A DNA stretch of 48,687 nucleotides, taken from IMG/VR virus record IMGVR_UViG_3300037467_001959, positions 1 to 48,687 of that record; one strand, given 5' to 3'. The stretch's first letter is position 1, and every line of letters begins with the position of its first letter. The notes below the pieces were generated by a model, which saw only the letters and a list, made by a program, of their open reading frames with translations, did no database searches and was not told the DNA's origin. Source of the stretch: a virus (Duplodnaviria > Caudoviricetes). This document shows positions 1 to 10,280 of this stretch, one piece after another. The position numbers were made by a program, and so were the translations under genes.

Positions 1-2
1 TC

Positions 3-923
3 GTCGAGACCGTGAACGAGCTGCGCACCCGTGACCTGCGCACCGGTGCGATCAAGGAAGCGGCCGCCCAGCAGGGCACGCCCGAGGGCACGAACTACGG
101 CCAGGGCAACTACGACAACGCGCTGCCGCTGGAGGCCACGACCTCCGAGCGCGCGCCGCAGATCAAGGAGCTGGAGGCCAACAGCGGCTCCGGGGCTTCA
201 CAAGACGTGGTGCCGGTCAACGATCCGGCGCTCGGACAGACCGACCCCTCGGCGGATCTGGCCAACGGTGACGCAGGAACCCAGCGAGACGGGAGCAACA
301 TGAACGGCAACCAGCGGTCGGCCAGCCGCCACGAGGCGTACTCCGGCCTGGACCAGGTCCAGCAGACGGTGGACCCCAGCGACACCCAGCAGCGCCCGAC
401 GCCGCTGCCCCAGGACGTGGCCTTCCCCTGGGTGCTCTCCCCGAACAACGTCAGCCAGTCGATCAGCCAGGCCGAGCAGCAGATCGCCGAGCGCGACCAG
501 CGCCGGGGTGCATCCCGGCACGCGGCTGCGGTCGCCCAGGCGGCGGCCCGGCAGGCCTACGCCGCCGCGATGAAGCAGGCGGGCTACGACGACTCGGGCT
601 GGGCGGGCGACATGGGGGCGGGCGGCTACCAGCCCGGCGTCCCGCCGCAGGGCGCGGGCGGCAGCAACCTCGGCGAGGCGCCGCCGCCCTACGGCACCGG
701 CGGTGACAACGGCAACCAGCCGCTGAAGCCCTACGGCGCCAGCGAGGCCAACGACTACACCAACAACCCCGGGGACAACCTTCAGCCGGGGGCCGACCTG
801 CACGCCGACGTCGGCGGCCGCGTGATGACCACCGGCTCGCGCCACGCCGAGGACCCGGAGATCAAGCTCGCGCTGCGGTTCATCGCCACCCGCGAGGCGT
901 GGCTGGACCAGGCGCAGGGCTGA
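3..923 (+). CDS. 5'-truncated low-complexity Q/G/P/D-rich putative internal head protein
   Basis: Frame is open to the window edge (VETVNELR...); strong GC3 codon bias; RHA/KQA/KEA motifs. Confidence 0.75.
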   Translation, partial: VETVNELRTRDLRTGAIKEAAAQQGTPEGTNYGQGNYDNALPLEATTSERAPQIKELEANSGSGASQDVVPVNDPALGQTDPSADLANGDAGTQRDGSNMNGNQRSASRHEAYSGLDQVQQTVDPSDTQQRPTPLPQDVAFPWVLSPNNVSQSISQAEQQIAERDQRRGASRHAAAVAQAAARQAYAAAMKQAGYDDSGWAGDMGAGGYQPGVPPQGAGGSNLGEAPPPYGTGGDNGNQPLKPYGASEANDYTNNPGDNLQPGADLHADVGGRVMTTGSRHAEDPEIKLALRFIATREAWLDQAQG

Positions 924-930
924 GCGCGCG

Positions 931-3138
931 ATGAGCCTGGTACGCACCGCCGACGGCTTCTCGTCGGCTGATGTCGAGGGGATGGGCCTGGATCCGCAGT
1001 CCCAGGACCCGGCGGGCTACCAGACTCCGCGCGACCTCGGGATCCAGCCGAAGACCGATGGCCAGGACCCGGCGACGCCCGGCGGCCCGGCTCCCTACAA
1101 CGGCGCCGAGCCCACCGGGAAGCCGGTGACCACCGATCCGATGTGGCAGAGCCCGGACGAACCCCCGAAGCCCCCGTACAGCCCGACGCCGTACCTCGGC
1201 CCGGGGCCGAACGTGGACGTGACCACCTTGCACAACGCCCGGCGTCGGCCGGTGGAGGAGACGATGACCGTCGATCTGTGGGTCGAGGCGTCCCACGACG
1301 TCGCGCAGGAACTGGACCATGAGCGCCTGGTGCGCGCCAAGGTGGCCACCTCGGCCATCTGGCCGTTCCTCTCGGCCGCGCGGACCGAGCGGGAGTTCGG
1401 CCACCGGGTAGCGCTGTGCGCGGAGGAGCTGGAGCAGCTCTTCCCCGAGGACGACTTCCGCTCGCGGGTTACCGCGTCGCTGCGGCAGGACTTCCTGCTG
1501 GTGAAGGAAGCCGACTACGAGGTGGTGGACTATGGCACGCGGGAGATCACCGCCGACCCGATCGTGGCCACCGCCCAGGGCGTCGACTGGATCCGGCACG
1601 AGGCGCTGTCCGAGTCCGACGTCCCCGAGGGCAGCCAGACCGGCACGGCGGGGAACCCGGCGTACTTCAGCGCCGGGCCGGAGGCCGGGCCGAACACCGG
1701 CTCCGACGGGCAGTTCGCGCAGATGGCGCCGGACCCCTACAACCCGATGAACGCGCAGTACCCGATGCAGCCGAGCCAGTGGGTGGTCCCGCCGGACGCA
1801 GGCTGGGTCGAGCGCCCGATGAACTTCGGCAAGACCAGCGCGGCGGAGCCGGTGGTCGAGTGGGACCACCACGACGGCCACGCCTACGGCTTCATGCCGG
1901 GCACCGACAACGAGATCGCTCACGTGCGCCCCCGGCCGAGGTCCGAGGGCGGCGGAGCGTACGCGCACTATCGCTGGCGCGGCGAGGACACCCCCGACGA
2001 GCAGGTCAAGCACTTCCCCGTGCCGAGCGTCGAGATGGGCAAGAGCGAGATCGAGCGCCTGCACAGCAACCGGCGCCAGGGCGCGGCGGGCTACGTCGGC
2101 GAGGGCGTGCAGACCGGCCCCGGCCAGAACCCGAGCTACTTCGCCGACACCGAAGGGGTGGCGGGCACGGCGGCCCAGGGCGGTTTCCCGGCCGACGTGA
2201 CGCTGCCCGAGCCGGACGAGCGGGTCGACGCCTACGGCGGGGTGCCGCCGGTGCAGTCCGGCGGCTCGACCGGCGGGGACGTGGCGTACTCGAACTCCGG
2301 CAAGCAGGCCTCGCGCTGGGTAGTGGCCGACAAGGACAACCACGGCGCCTGCGCGCACTGCAACACGCCGGTCTACCGCGAGGGCGACACCTGGAAGCAC
2401 CTCGGCGGTAACCCGGGCCACGGCGTCCGGTTGCACGAGGATCACCCGTGGGTCGCGGCCCAGCAGGCGAACCGGGTCATGGCCGTCCGGCACACCGCGC
2501 CCGGCGGCGGCGAGCACGCGCCCTACGACATCCGCCCGGTCGAGGGCGGCTACGCGGTGTTCAACGACAAGGGCGAGCGCAAGAACGACGAGCCTAAGTC
2601 CAAAGAGGACGCTCGTGATTTCCAGAAGGCGCTCTACGCCAACGTTCCCGGCGCCAGTGAGTCGGCAAAGGCCGCATCGCTGCGCTGGGTGGTCGCCGAA
2701 GCGTCCTCTTCGGACACTGGCAGTGCACAACCCGCGCAGACCGATGTCGGTGGGGCTCCGACCCCTCCGGCGTCCATGGAGCCCGGTGGTCCCGGCGCGG
2801 AGGCGGGACAGCCGCTGACGATCCCGAACCAGGGGGCCAGCACCAATCCCTTCGCCACCGGCGGGGGCGGCCCGGAAACGGCCGGTCCGGCGCCCGGGGT
2901 GAACAACCCCTTCATGGCCACCAAGACGGCGGAGCAGCGCGGGCGGCGCCCGGACATGTTCAACCCCTCCGAGGGCCCAGCCGACGAGTACACGAACAAC
3001 ACCTGGAACGGCCCCGCCGAGCAGCGTCCGCTCCAGGGTTCCGGCGATCGCCACATCAACACGCCGCAGACGGCCGGTGAGCCGATCCCGATCCGTTCCT
3101 CCGAGGGCGGCGAGGACGATGAGGAGGAGCGGGAGTGA
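931..3138 (+). CDS. Large modular putative internal head protein (735 aa) with a CxxC Zn-finger and a PYxI...QKALYAN module
   Basis: ORF with good codon bias; disordered linkers separating small domains; many RTA/KTA/KQA/HTA motifs. Confidence 0.75.
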   Translation: MSLVRTADGFSSADVEGMGLDPQSQDPAGYQTPRDLGIQPKTDGQDPATPGGPAPYNGAEPTGKPVTTDPMWQSPDEPPKPPYSPTPYLGPGPNVDVTTLHNARRRPVEETMTVDLWVEASHDVAQELDHERLVRAKVATSAIWPFLSAARTEREFGHRVALCAEELEQLFPEDDFRSRVTASLRQDFLLVKEADYEVVDYGTREITADPIVATAQGVDWIRHEALSESDVPEGSQTGTAGNPAYFSAGPEAGPNTGSDGQFAQMAPDPYNPMNAQYPMQPSQWVVPPDAGWVERPMNFGKTSAAEPVVEWDHHDGHAYGFMPGTDNEIAHVRPRPRSEGGGAYAHYRWRGEDTPDEQVKHFPVPSVEMGKSEIERLHSNRRQGAAGYVGEGVQTGPGQNPSYFADTEGVAGTAAQGGFPADVTLPEPDERVDAYGGVPPVQSGGSTGGDVAYSNSGKQASRWVVADKDNHGACAHCNTPVYREGDTWKHLGGNPGHGVRLHEDHPWVAAQQANRVMAVRHTAPGGGEHAPYDIRPVEGGYAVFNDKGERKNDEPKSKEDARDFQKALYANVPGASESAKAASLRWVVAEASSSDTGSAQPAQTDVGGAPTPPASMEPGGPGAEAGQPLTIPNQGASTNPFATGGGGPETAGPAPGVNNPFMATKTAEQRGRRPDMFNPSEGPADEYTNNTWNGPAEQRPLQGSGDRHINTPQTAGEPIPIRSSEGGEDDEEERE

Positions 3139-4007
3139 GCATCCAGATCATCTGCATGGACTGCGGCGAGCGAGGCGAGATCGACCGCCCGGCGCCGGAG
3201 ATCCTGCACGCCTGCGGCTCGAAGAACGTCGACCTCTGGGATGGCAGCGAGCAGCAGCGCCGGGTGGCTGCCCGGCGAGCCGGACCGGAGCCGATCTTCA
3301 CGGCGTTCCTGCGGGAGGCGGCCCAGCCGCCGATGCCGCGCCCCAAGGACAGCACCGACACCGGCTTCCCGGTCGGCACCGACCCGGAGGCGGGCTGGGA
3401 CGAGTACCCCGGCCCCGGCCCGCACCCGAACGGGCTGAATGCGCCGTCGCACACCGAGACCCAGGGCCGCGAGCCGACACGCCCGGTGCCGGGCCAGGTG
3501 AACCGCTCGAACCTGTACGTCTACGACAAGCACGACCCGCACCCCGGCTACGGCGAGAACCCGCCTGCGCCGCTGGTCGCGCCCCACTACGACGACCAGT
3601 GGGTGACCAAGACGCCGTTCCTCGGCCAGCGCCGCGAGGTGGCGCAGACGGACAAGCCCGGCCTGCTGCTCAAGGGCGCCAGCTGCCCGCGCTGCGGGAC
3701 GGCGGACACCTCGCTCGTCGCCGACTACCGCGACCACGCTCACTGGGTCTGCGGGCAGCAGCGCTGCGGCTCGCTGGTCGACCTCGACCTGCACCCGGAG
3801 ATCGATCCCTACCGGCCCCCGCGCGAGCGCGCTGGCGGCTGGGGCCAGGACCAGTTCCGGCGCGAGAAGAAGCGCGTCTTCGCGGGCAAGAAGGACGGCC
3901 AGATCCTGCGCCGGGTCGCCACCATCGGCCAGGTGAACCCGGGCCTCTCCCTGTCCGAAGCGGTGCATCTGGCTCGTCAATCGGTGATCCAGTACCCGGA
4001 GGCGTGA
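3135..4007 (+). CDS. Zn-ribbon protein, head-associated (290 aa)
   Basis: GTGA overlap with the upstream stop; CMDC/CGS and CPRC/CxxxxC motifs; GAGGAG upstream. Confidence 0.75.
   Translation: MSIQIICMDCGERGEIDRPAPEILHACGSKNVDLWDGSEQQRRVAARRAGPEPIFTAFLREAAQPPMPRPKDSTDTGFPVGTDPEAGWDEYPGPGPHPNGLNAPSHTETQGREPTRPVPGQVNRSNLYVYDKHDPHPGYGENPPAPLVAPHYDDQWVTKTPFLGQRREVAQTDKPGLLLKGASCPRCGTADTSLVADYRDHAHWVCGQQRCGSLVDLDLHPEIDPYRPPRERAGGWGQDQFRREKKRVFAGKKDGQILRRVATIGQVNPGLSLSEAVHLARQSVIQYPEA
3950..3987 (+). promoter_or_regulatory. Putative phage late-promoter motif (variant)
   Basis: CCTGTC-N21-TCAA-TCGG-TGA inside the 3' end of the upstream gene, just before the RBS of gene 4008. Confidence 0.5.
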
Positions 4008-4511
4008 ATGTTCCACGAAGGCCAGGCGATCACCAGTATCGGCGACGGCAGCAACGGCGTCCCGCTCGGAACGCACGGCAAGATCCTCGCGCTCGCCAAC
4101 GCCAACGCCGGACACGTCCAGTGGTTCCTCGGCTCTGGTCCAGGGATGACCTTCGAGCGTGAGCTGGATGAGGTGGCCGCCCCGGCAACCCGGCAAGTCC
4201 AGGCGGCGGTGACCGACCAGGACGGCTGGGAGGACTCGCTGGAGGTCGGGCCGGTGGCCAAGACCGGCGCCGCGCACATCCTGGCCACCAGCGGCCCTGT
4301 GAGCGTCATCCAGCAGCTGGCCAGCGTGGGCGCTTTCGCCGACACCGCCGACGTCGGCGAGGAGGCGCTGGCCTTCGTCGAGGCTCGCCTGCGCCACTCA
4401 GCCACCCTCCAGGCGCACCTGGCCGAGCTGGACGAAGAGGACCAGGAACTGATCTACCGCGTGGCCAGCCGGGACCTGCTGAGCCAGGCCTGCGGAGGAG
4501 CTGATGACTGA
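4008..4511 (+). CDS. Hypothetical protein (167 aa)
   Basis: GGAGG RBS; codon bias; overlaps the next gene. Confidence 0.75.
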   Translation: MFHEGQAITSIGDGSNGVPLGTHGKILALANANAGHVQWFLGSGPGMTFERELDEVAAPATRQVQAAVTDQDGWEDSLEVGPVAKTGAAHILATSGPVSVIQQLASVGAFADTADVGEEALAFVEARLRHSATLQAHLAELDEEDQELIYRVASRDLLSQACGGADD

Positions 4512-5124
4512 GCGCTACGCGGTCCGGATCGGCTTCGGCCCGATGCCGGAGAACGCCCCCCGTGGCCAGCGGCTGGCCAGGCTGCTGGCCGAGGGCACGC
4601 CGTCGATCATGAAGATCGCGCACGACTCCGGCGACCCCCAGGTGGTCTATCACTGCCCGTCCTGCGGCTCGGGCCAGGTGATCGCGCGCTCGGACGGCAC
4701 CATCGAGTGCGGATTCTGCAAGAACTGCTTCACCGTGCAGGTCCAGCCGCGCTACCCGGCCTTCCCGCAGACCATCAACGGCGTGCCGATCCAGGTGCCC
4801 GGGATGGGCCCGCAGTGGCCGGGCCAGGACGACGACCAGATGATGCAGGCTCAGGACGCCGCTGAGGGCATCGACGTCGATCCCGAGGACGAGAACGCCG
4901 ACAACCCGTTCACGGACGGCCAGGACGGCGCTGGGCCGCCGGACGACGGCGAAGAGGATGACGAGGACGAGGACAGCGGCAACCCGTTCGCGAAGAAGTC
5001 CTATCGGACGCGCTCCGGCGTCGCCGTCGAGCACGACGCCTTCCTCCGCCACGTGGCGCTGGAGTCTGCCCGTGATCGCAAGCGGGTCCTGAAGGTCATC
5101 CGCAGCAAGATCGGAGTCCACTGA
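4504..5124 (+). CDS. Zn-ribbon protein with acidic linker (206 aa)
   Basis: CPSCGS...CGFC; GGAGGAG RBS. Confidence 0.8.
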   Translation: MTERYAVRIGFGPMPENAPRGQRLARLLAEGTPSIMKIAHDSGDPQVVYHCPSCGSGQVIARSDGTIECGFCKNCFTVQVQPRYPAFPQTINGVPIQVPGMGPQWPGQDDDQMMQAQDAAEGIDVDPEDENADNPFTDGQDGAGPPDDGEEDDEDEDSGNPFAKKSYRTRSGVAVEHDAFLRHVALESARDRKRVLKVIRSKIGVH

Positions 5125-5318
5125 TGCCGCGCTACCGCGTTCTCCAGGATGGCTGGACCGACGACTCCGGCGAGCACGAGCTGGGCAGCACGGTCGAGCT
5201 GAGTCGCGACACCCCGGCCGAGGCCGTCGAGGTGGACCGGCTCATCGCCTACGGCGTGATCGAGCCCGCCACCCAGAAGACGACGAGCACCAGCACGACC
5301 TCCAGCAGGAAGAAGTAG
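5124..5318 (+). CDS. Small hypothetical protein (64 aa) with S/T/K-rich tail
   Basis: TGATG coupling; codon bias. Confidence 0.7.
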   Translation: MPRYRVLQDGWTDDSGEHELGSTVELSRDTPAEAVEVDRLIAYGVIEPATQKTTSTSTTSSRKK

Positions 5319-5325
5319 GTGGCGC

Positions 5326-7536
5326 GTGGCCGAATTCCGGGTCAACGATCGACGAGGGCAGCGGCGGCCCGAGAGCACGCCGGGTTCCACCCCCTCGGGC
5401 ATCGTCGTGCCCACCCGGAGCCTCTCCCCTGGCCGGGCCTACACCGAGGATCCCGTGGTTGCAGAGATGCGCCGGAACCGGCGAGTGGCGGCGATCCGCA
5501 AGCGCGCCAACGGTGGCGCCGGGATCGTCTCCGACACCTTCACCGGCGGGGGCGGGGGCGGTGACCTCGCGTTCGCGCTGGGGCGCCCGCGCGACCCGAT
5601 GTTCTACTGGCGCCAGAACAACCTCCCGTTCGACATCTCCAAGGACGAGGAGATGGCGAAGCTGCGGGAGTTCTGCCGCCTGCTGTACCTGAGCCACCCG
5701 ATCATCGCCAGCTGCATCGACATCTACGCGAAGTACCCGCTCCAGGGGATGTCGATCAAGTGCAAGGACAACCAGCTCAAGGAGTTCTACGAGGACCTGT
5801 TCTTCGAGCAGCTGGACTACAAGAAGTTCCTGGTCGACGTCTCCCGCGAGAAGTGGATGGTCGGTGAGGCCTTCCCGCTCGGGACCTTCAACGAGATCCT
5901 CGGCGTCTGGGAGTCCGAGGAGCTGCTGCACCCGAACGACGTGTTCGTGGAGCGCAGCCCGATCAGCCGCGACCCTCGCTTCCTGATCAAGCTCCCGCAG
6001 GCCCTGCGCGACGTGCTGCGCAACCGGCAGCCGGTATGGGAGTACCAGCAGCTGGTGGAGAGCTACCCCGAGCTGGTCGCCTACGCGGGCGAGAACAGCC
6101 GGATGCCGGTCAGCGGCATGCTGCTCAAGCAGATCAAGTTCGACGCCGACACCTTCCACAAGCGTGGCATCCCGATCATCATGCGGGCGTTCCGGGCCGT
6201 GCTCCAGGAGGAGATGCTCAACACCGCCCAGGACGCCATCTCCGACCGGCTGTACACCCCGCTGCTGCTGGCCAAGCTCGGCGCCACCGCGAGCGACCTG
6301 GGCACCGACGTCCCCTGGATCCCCACCCAGGACGAGCTGGACGACTTCCGCGAGTCGCTGGACGAGGCGCTGGCCGCCGACTTCCGGGTCATGGTCCACA
6401 ACTTCGCTACGACGATCGAGAACGTCTTCGGCAAGGAGGAGATGCCGGACCTCTCCGGCGACTTCGACCGCATCGAGGACCGGATGCTCCAGACCTTCGG
6501 CCTGAGCCGGACCATGCTCCAGGGCGCCGAGGCGGGCGAGACCTACGCGGCCGACGCGCTCAACCGCGACATCGTCACCCAGCTGATGACCGACCACCAG
6601 AAGCAGCTCAAGGACTTCGCGCGCGACCGGATGCGGATCGTGGCCGAGGCCCAGGAGCACTTCGACTACGACGTCCGCAACGGCAAGCGGTACGTGAAGA
6701 TGGAAGAGGTCCTGCTCCGCGACGAGGAGACCGGCGAGGACAAGATCGTCGAGCAGCCCAAGCTGCTCGTGCCCGAGCTGGAGTTCGACACCCTCAACCT
6801 GGCCGACCAGGCCCAGGAGCGCCAGTTTATCGAGGCCCTCACCGCCACCGGCGTGCCGATCCCGCAGGAGCGCCGGATCCTCGGCACCGGGCTCGACTTC
6901 GAGGAGATGCTGGAGCAGAAGAAGCAGGAGCAGATCCGGCTGGCCGTGCTGGAGCAAGAGACCCGCAAGGAGACCTACGAGGCGCTCCGGGACGCGGGCC
7001 TGCCGATCCCGGACGACCTGAAGAAGGACTTCCAGCCGATGGCGCTCAACGCCCAGGACCCGTCCGAGCAGGACATGGTCATTCCGACCATGGGCACCAA
7101 CGACACCCCCACGCCCGCGCTCGCGCCGTCCGAGGAGGACCTGGCCGAGGGCGAGGACGAGGGGGCCGACGACACCGACTCGCAGGCGCAGGTGATCCCG
7201 ATGCCCATGTCCGCCCAGGTGCCCGAAGAGGGCGACCAGCGGCCGCCGGAGTCCGACGAGCAGCGCGCCAGCATGCCCAAGCCTGCCGCCCGGAAGGTGG
7301 CCGGGTTCCGCTACCGCTACGGCCAGATCCGCCGCGCCATCGCCACGCACTACGTCCCGCCGGACAACTCGATCGAGGACATCAAGGACGAGGAGACCGG
7401 CGTGGTCACCCGGAACCCGCAGAACTACCGGCCCACCGGGCTCTACGGGCCGCCCCGGCACATCGGGATGCGCCGGTATGTCGAGATCGAGCCGGGCGAG
7501 AAGTGGAAGCCCGAGTGGGACGAAGAGGTCGGGTAA
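5326..7536 (+). CDS. Portal protein with acidic C-terminal extension
   Basis: HPIIASCIDIYAKYPL, VGEAFPLG, RGIPIIMRAFR and YTPLLLAKLG segments typical of large-actinophage portals; size and position. Confidence 0.85.
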   Translation: MAEFRVNDRRGQRRPESTPGSTPSGIVVPTRSLSPGRAYTEDPVVAEMRRNRRVAAIRKRANGGAGIVSDTFTGGGGGGDLAFALGRPRDPMFYWRQNNLPFDISKDEEMAKLREFCRLLYLSHPIIASCIDIYAKYPLQGMSIKCKDNQLKEFYEDLFFEQLDYKKFLVDVSREKWMVGEAFPLGTFNEILGVWESEELLHPNDVFVERSPISRDPRFLIKLPQALRDVLRNRQPVWEYQQLVESYPELVAYAGENSRMPVSGMLLKQIKFDADTFHKRGIPIIMRAFRAVLQEEMLNTAQDAISDRLYTPLLLAKLGATASDLGTDVPWIPTQDELDDFRESLDEALAADFRVMVHNFATTIENVFGKEEMPDLSGDFDRIEDRMLQTFGLSRTMLQGAEAGETYAADALNRDIVTQLMTDHQKQLKDFARDRMRIVAEAQEHFDYDVRNGKRYVKMEEVLLRDEETGEDKIVEQPKLLVPELEFDTLNLADQAQERQFIEALTATGVPIPQERRILGTGLDFEEMLEQKKQEQIRLAVLEQETRKETYEALRDAGLPIPDDLKKDFQPMALNAQDPSEQDMVIPTMGTNDTPTPALAPSEEDLAEGEDEGADDTDSQAQVIPMPMSAQVPEEGDQRPPESDEQRASMPKPAARKVAGFRYRYGQIRRAIATHYVPPDNSIEDIKDEETGVVTRNPQNYRPTGLYGPPRHIGMRRYVEIEPGEKWKPEWDEEVG

Positions 7537-7540
7537 CCGG

Positions 7541-7577
7541 CCTGCCGCCGGTCGAGGTCTGGCCACCCAAATAGCGA
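7541..7577 (+). promoter_or_regulatory. Putative phage late-promoter motif
   Basis: CCTGCC-N20-CCAA-ATAG-CGA in the intergenic gap before GAGGAGG and ATG 7587. Confidence 0.65.
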
Positions 7578-7586
7578 GGAGGCCAC

Positions 7587-10280
7587 ATGACCACGCAGCA
7601 CGTCGGCGGCATCCGGTCGGAGGACTACTGGGACTTCCAGCCGGGCGAGCACGTCATGACCATCGACGGGTTCCCGGGCGTCGTGGACCAGGTCGAGGAC
7701 GGGCCGATCGCGGGCGCGGAGAACTACCTCGTCACGCTCGACAACGGCATGGGCGGCGGCAACTACAGCGCCTCGATGCTGAGCAAGATGCCGAGCAGCC
7801 GGGCGGCCGCCGGAGTCCACCTCGCCGTGGAGGACTACCCCGAGCTGGGCAGCATCCTCGACGAACGGCCGGACCCCGGGAAGATGACCTTCACGGCCGC
7901 GCTGAGCGAGGAGCGCCAGGAGGCCGACGCCGAGGACCACGACGAGCCCGGGGGTGACGACGCCCCATCCAGCTGCTCGTACTGCGGCTCGACCGATTTC
8001 AAGGACCTGACGGACAACGGCCGGGTCCGGCAGGCCACCTGCGCCACCTGCGGGGGCACGATGTCCGCGCACGAGGGCATGCAGTGGACACCCGAGCTGA
8101 TCGGCGACCCCTCGAACCACCCGTCCCCGGCGGTCGACCCGCGCTCGGGGGCCTCGCTCGGCACCGGCGCGCCGGGCCAGGCCGGGATCAACGACTTCAT
8201 CGACTTCGACTCGCGAGTGAGTACCACGGCGTCCGTCGAGGACGACACCGCGACGATCCCGACCCGGCGCGTGGGCTTCGCCGGGTACGTCGAGGGCGAG
8301 AAGACCAACTTCGCGAACCACGGCGACAACCCGGATTGGGAAGACGAACAGGCCGTCGGGCAGCACACCGGCGTGCACGAGTTCCGGGGCTACTCCGGCC
8401 GCGAGAACGACTTCGCGCACTGGCACGACAAGGGCGAGATCACCCATGTCCCGCTGCACGGCTCGACGATCTACGCGACGCAGGCACGGGTGACCAAACG
8501 TGGCGTCGACTCCTACCTCAAGGATCCCGACCGCCGATCGGGCAGCGGGCGGCCGAACTACCCCGCGAACGACCGGCCGATCTTCGTCAAGCACGGCGGT
8601 GACTACTACGCGCTGGACGGCCACCACCGGACCGCCGCCGCGATGCTGCGCGGGGACAAGTCCGTCGAGGGGCACGTCTACGACGCCGACAAGCACGGCT
8701 TCCCCGAGCCGGAGTGGTCGCCTTTCTCCAAGCGGCTGCCCCGGTCGCTGGAGAAGTACTCCGCGCTGGCGGGTGCGTACCTGGGCTGTGGCTTCGACTC
8801 CGACGACGAGTCTGAGGCCCTCCAGCACGAGCTGGCCTACCACGATGACGGCTTCTGTTCGGCGCACAGCCATCAGAAGACGGCTCGCAACTGGGCCTTT
8901 CAACTGCACGAACAGGACACCGGCGGCACCAAGTTCCCCGTGAAGCACACGTTGCATGTCCATGACGAGGAGTCGCGGCAGTCCGGCGGTCATGTCGAGT
9001 ACTTCCCGCCCAAACGCCGGGGCGGTCCGGTGCACATCGACAGCCTGCACCCGAGCCTGGACACGCCTGGCTCGGGCTCTGCCCTGCTGAATGAGATCCA
9101 GGATCGGCATCCGGGCTCGACGATGAAGTTCCTGCACGAGCAGAAGCGCGATCAGAACACGCCGAGCCATACCAACAGCGCCCATGGCGAGCCGACCGAC
9201 TGGGACCTCTGGCACCCGGGCGTGAAGGACGAGGGCATCCACCGAGGCTTCGCGCTGCGCGTGGAGCCGCACCACGCGCAGGTGCTCAACGACCCTACCA
9301 AGTCCAAGGCCGAGCACCTCCAGGCTCTGCACGAGGCCATGCCCGAAGGTCACAAGATGGGCATGCACTGGAGCACCAACGAGCAGCGGGCAACGAGTTT
9401 CGCGCACTCCGGCGTAATGGATCCGCGCCGGGACATCCCGGTGGTGCTGCACGCCAAGGGCCCAGAGCGCAAGGACATCGAGACCCGGCCGGAGCACCTC
9501 TTCCGCAACGGCGTGTTCCCCTACGACCACGCCAGCAAGGAACGCGAGGTGCCGATCCGGCGCGGCCGGAAGGTCGAGGTGACCGGCATGTCCTGGAAGC
9601 CCGACATCGAGCATCCGGATGCCGATCGAAACGGCTGGGTGCACCACACCTACGACGAGGGCGAGGCGAAGCAGCACACGGCCAGCTGGGGCCCGGTGAA
9701 CATCACGCTGCTCAAGATCGCTGATGTACCCTCCTCCCTGCCCGAACGGGTAGTCTCCGAAGAGCCGCAGCCCTCCGCCGGAGAGCTGCATGGCGCGATG
9801 CGGAGGTTGGCCGCTCAGATGCGTACCGCCAGCGAAGAGAACTGGGTGGGCCACCGCCCGCCGGGGCCCGGCAACGGGGCGCCGCTGCACGATCTGAACG
9901 ACGTCCACGGCACCTACGGCGGCTCGCCGTTCGGCGCAGGGCACAGCGACATCTACAGCCACCCGCAGCACTGGACGGGTTTCCACGACCACGAGCTGGA
10001 CCGCGCGATCAAGTCGGCCGAGGGGAAGCCGGACAATCCGATCACGATCTACCGCGCCCAGCCCGCCGAGCACCACGGCATCCGCACCGGCGACTGGGTG
10101 ACCCCGTCGGCCAGTTACGCGCACCTGCACGGCTCGGAGGGCTTCGATGGGCCGGTGCACATCGTCAAGGCCGTCGTTCCCGCACACCATGTCTGGACCA
10201 ACGCCGACGACATCGCCGAGGCGGGCTATCACGGTCCGGCCATCGAGCACGCTCTGCACCACGCGGACGTGGAGGACTGA
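7587..10280 (+). CDS. Polyvalent head-cargo protein: Zn ribbon, ParB/Srx-like domain, GNAT-like domain, two ADP-ribosyltransferase-like domains
   Basis: IYATQ...YYALDGHHR (ParB-N-like); VHIDSLHP...PGSGSALL (GNAT-like); HRG...HWST...EREV (R-S-E ART); TIYRA...GDWVT...YA...EAGY (ART-like). Confidence 0.75.
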   Translation: MTTQHVGGIRSEDYWDFQPGEHVMTIDGFPGVVDQVEDGPIAGAENYLVTLDNGMGGGNYSASMLSKMPSSRAAAGVHLAVEDYPELGSILDERPDPGKMTFTAALSEERQEADAEDHDEPGGDDAPSSCSYCGSTDFKDLTDNGRVRQATCATCGGTMSAHEGMQWTPELIGDPSNHPSPAVDPRSGASLGTGAPGQAGINDFIDFDSRVSTTASVEDDTATIPTRRVGFAGYVEGEKTNFANHGDNPDWEDEQAVGQHTGVHEFRGYSGRENDFAHWHDKGEITHVPLHGSTIYATQARVTKRGVDSYLKDPDRRSGSGRPNYPANDRPIFVKHGGDYYALDGHHRTAAAMLRGDKSVEGHVYDADKHGFPEPEWSPFSKRLPRSLEKYSALAGAYLGCGFDSDDESEALQHELAYHDDGFCSAHSHQKTARNWAFQLHEQDTGGTKFPVKHTLHVHDEESRQSGGHVEYFPPKRRGGPVHIDSLHPSLDTPGSGSALLNEIQDRHPGSTMKFLHEQKRDQNTPSHTNSAHGEPTDWDLWHPGVKDEGIHRGFALRVEPHHAQVLNDPTKSKAEHLQALHEAMPEGHKMGMHWSTNEQRATSFAHSGVMDPRRDIPVVLHAKGPERKDIETRPEHLFRNGVFPYDHASKEREVPIRRGRKVEVTGMSWKPDIEHPDADRNGWVHHTYDEGEAKQHTASWGPVNITLLKIADVPSSLPERVVSEEPQPSAGELHGAMRRLAAQMRTASEENWVGHRPPGPGNGAPLHDLNDVHGTYGGSPFGAGHSDIYSHPQHWTGFHDHELDRAIKSAEGKPDNPITIYRAQPAEHHGIRTGDWVTPSASYAHLHGSEGFDGPVHIVKAVVPAHHVWTNADDIAEAGYHGPAIEHALHHADVED

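Noticed and set aside
8430-8690. ParABS partition system
   Set aside because: Only a ParB-N-like domain inside a polyprotein; no ParA, HTH or parS palindrome seen
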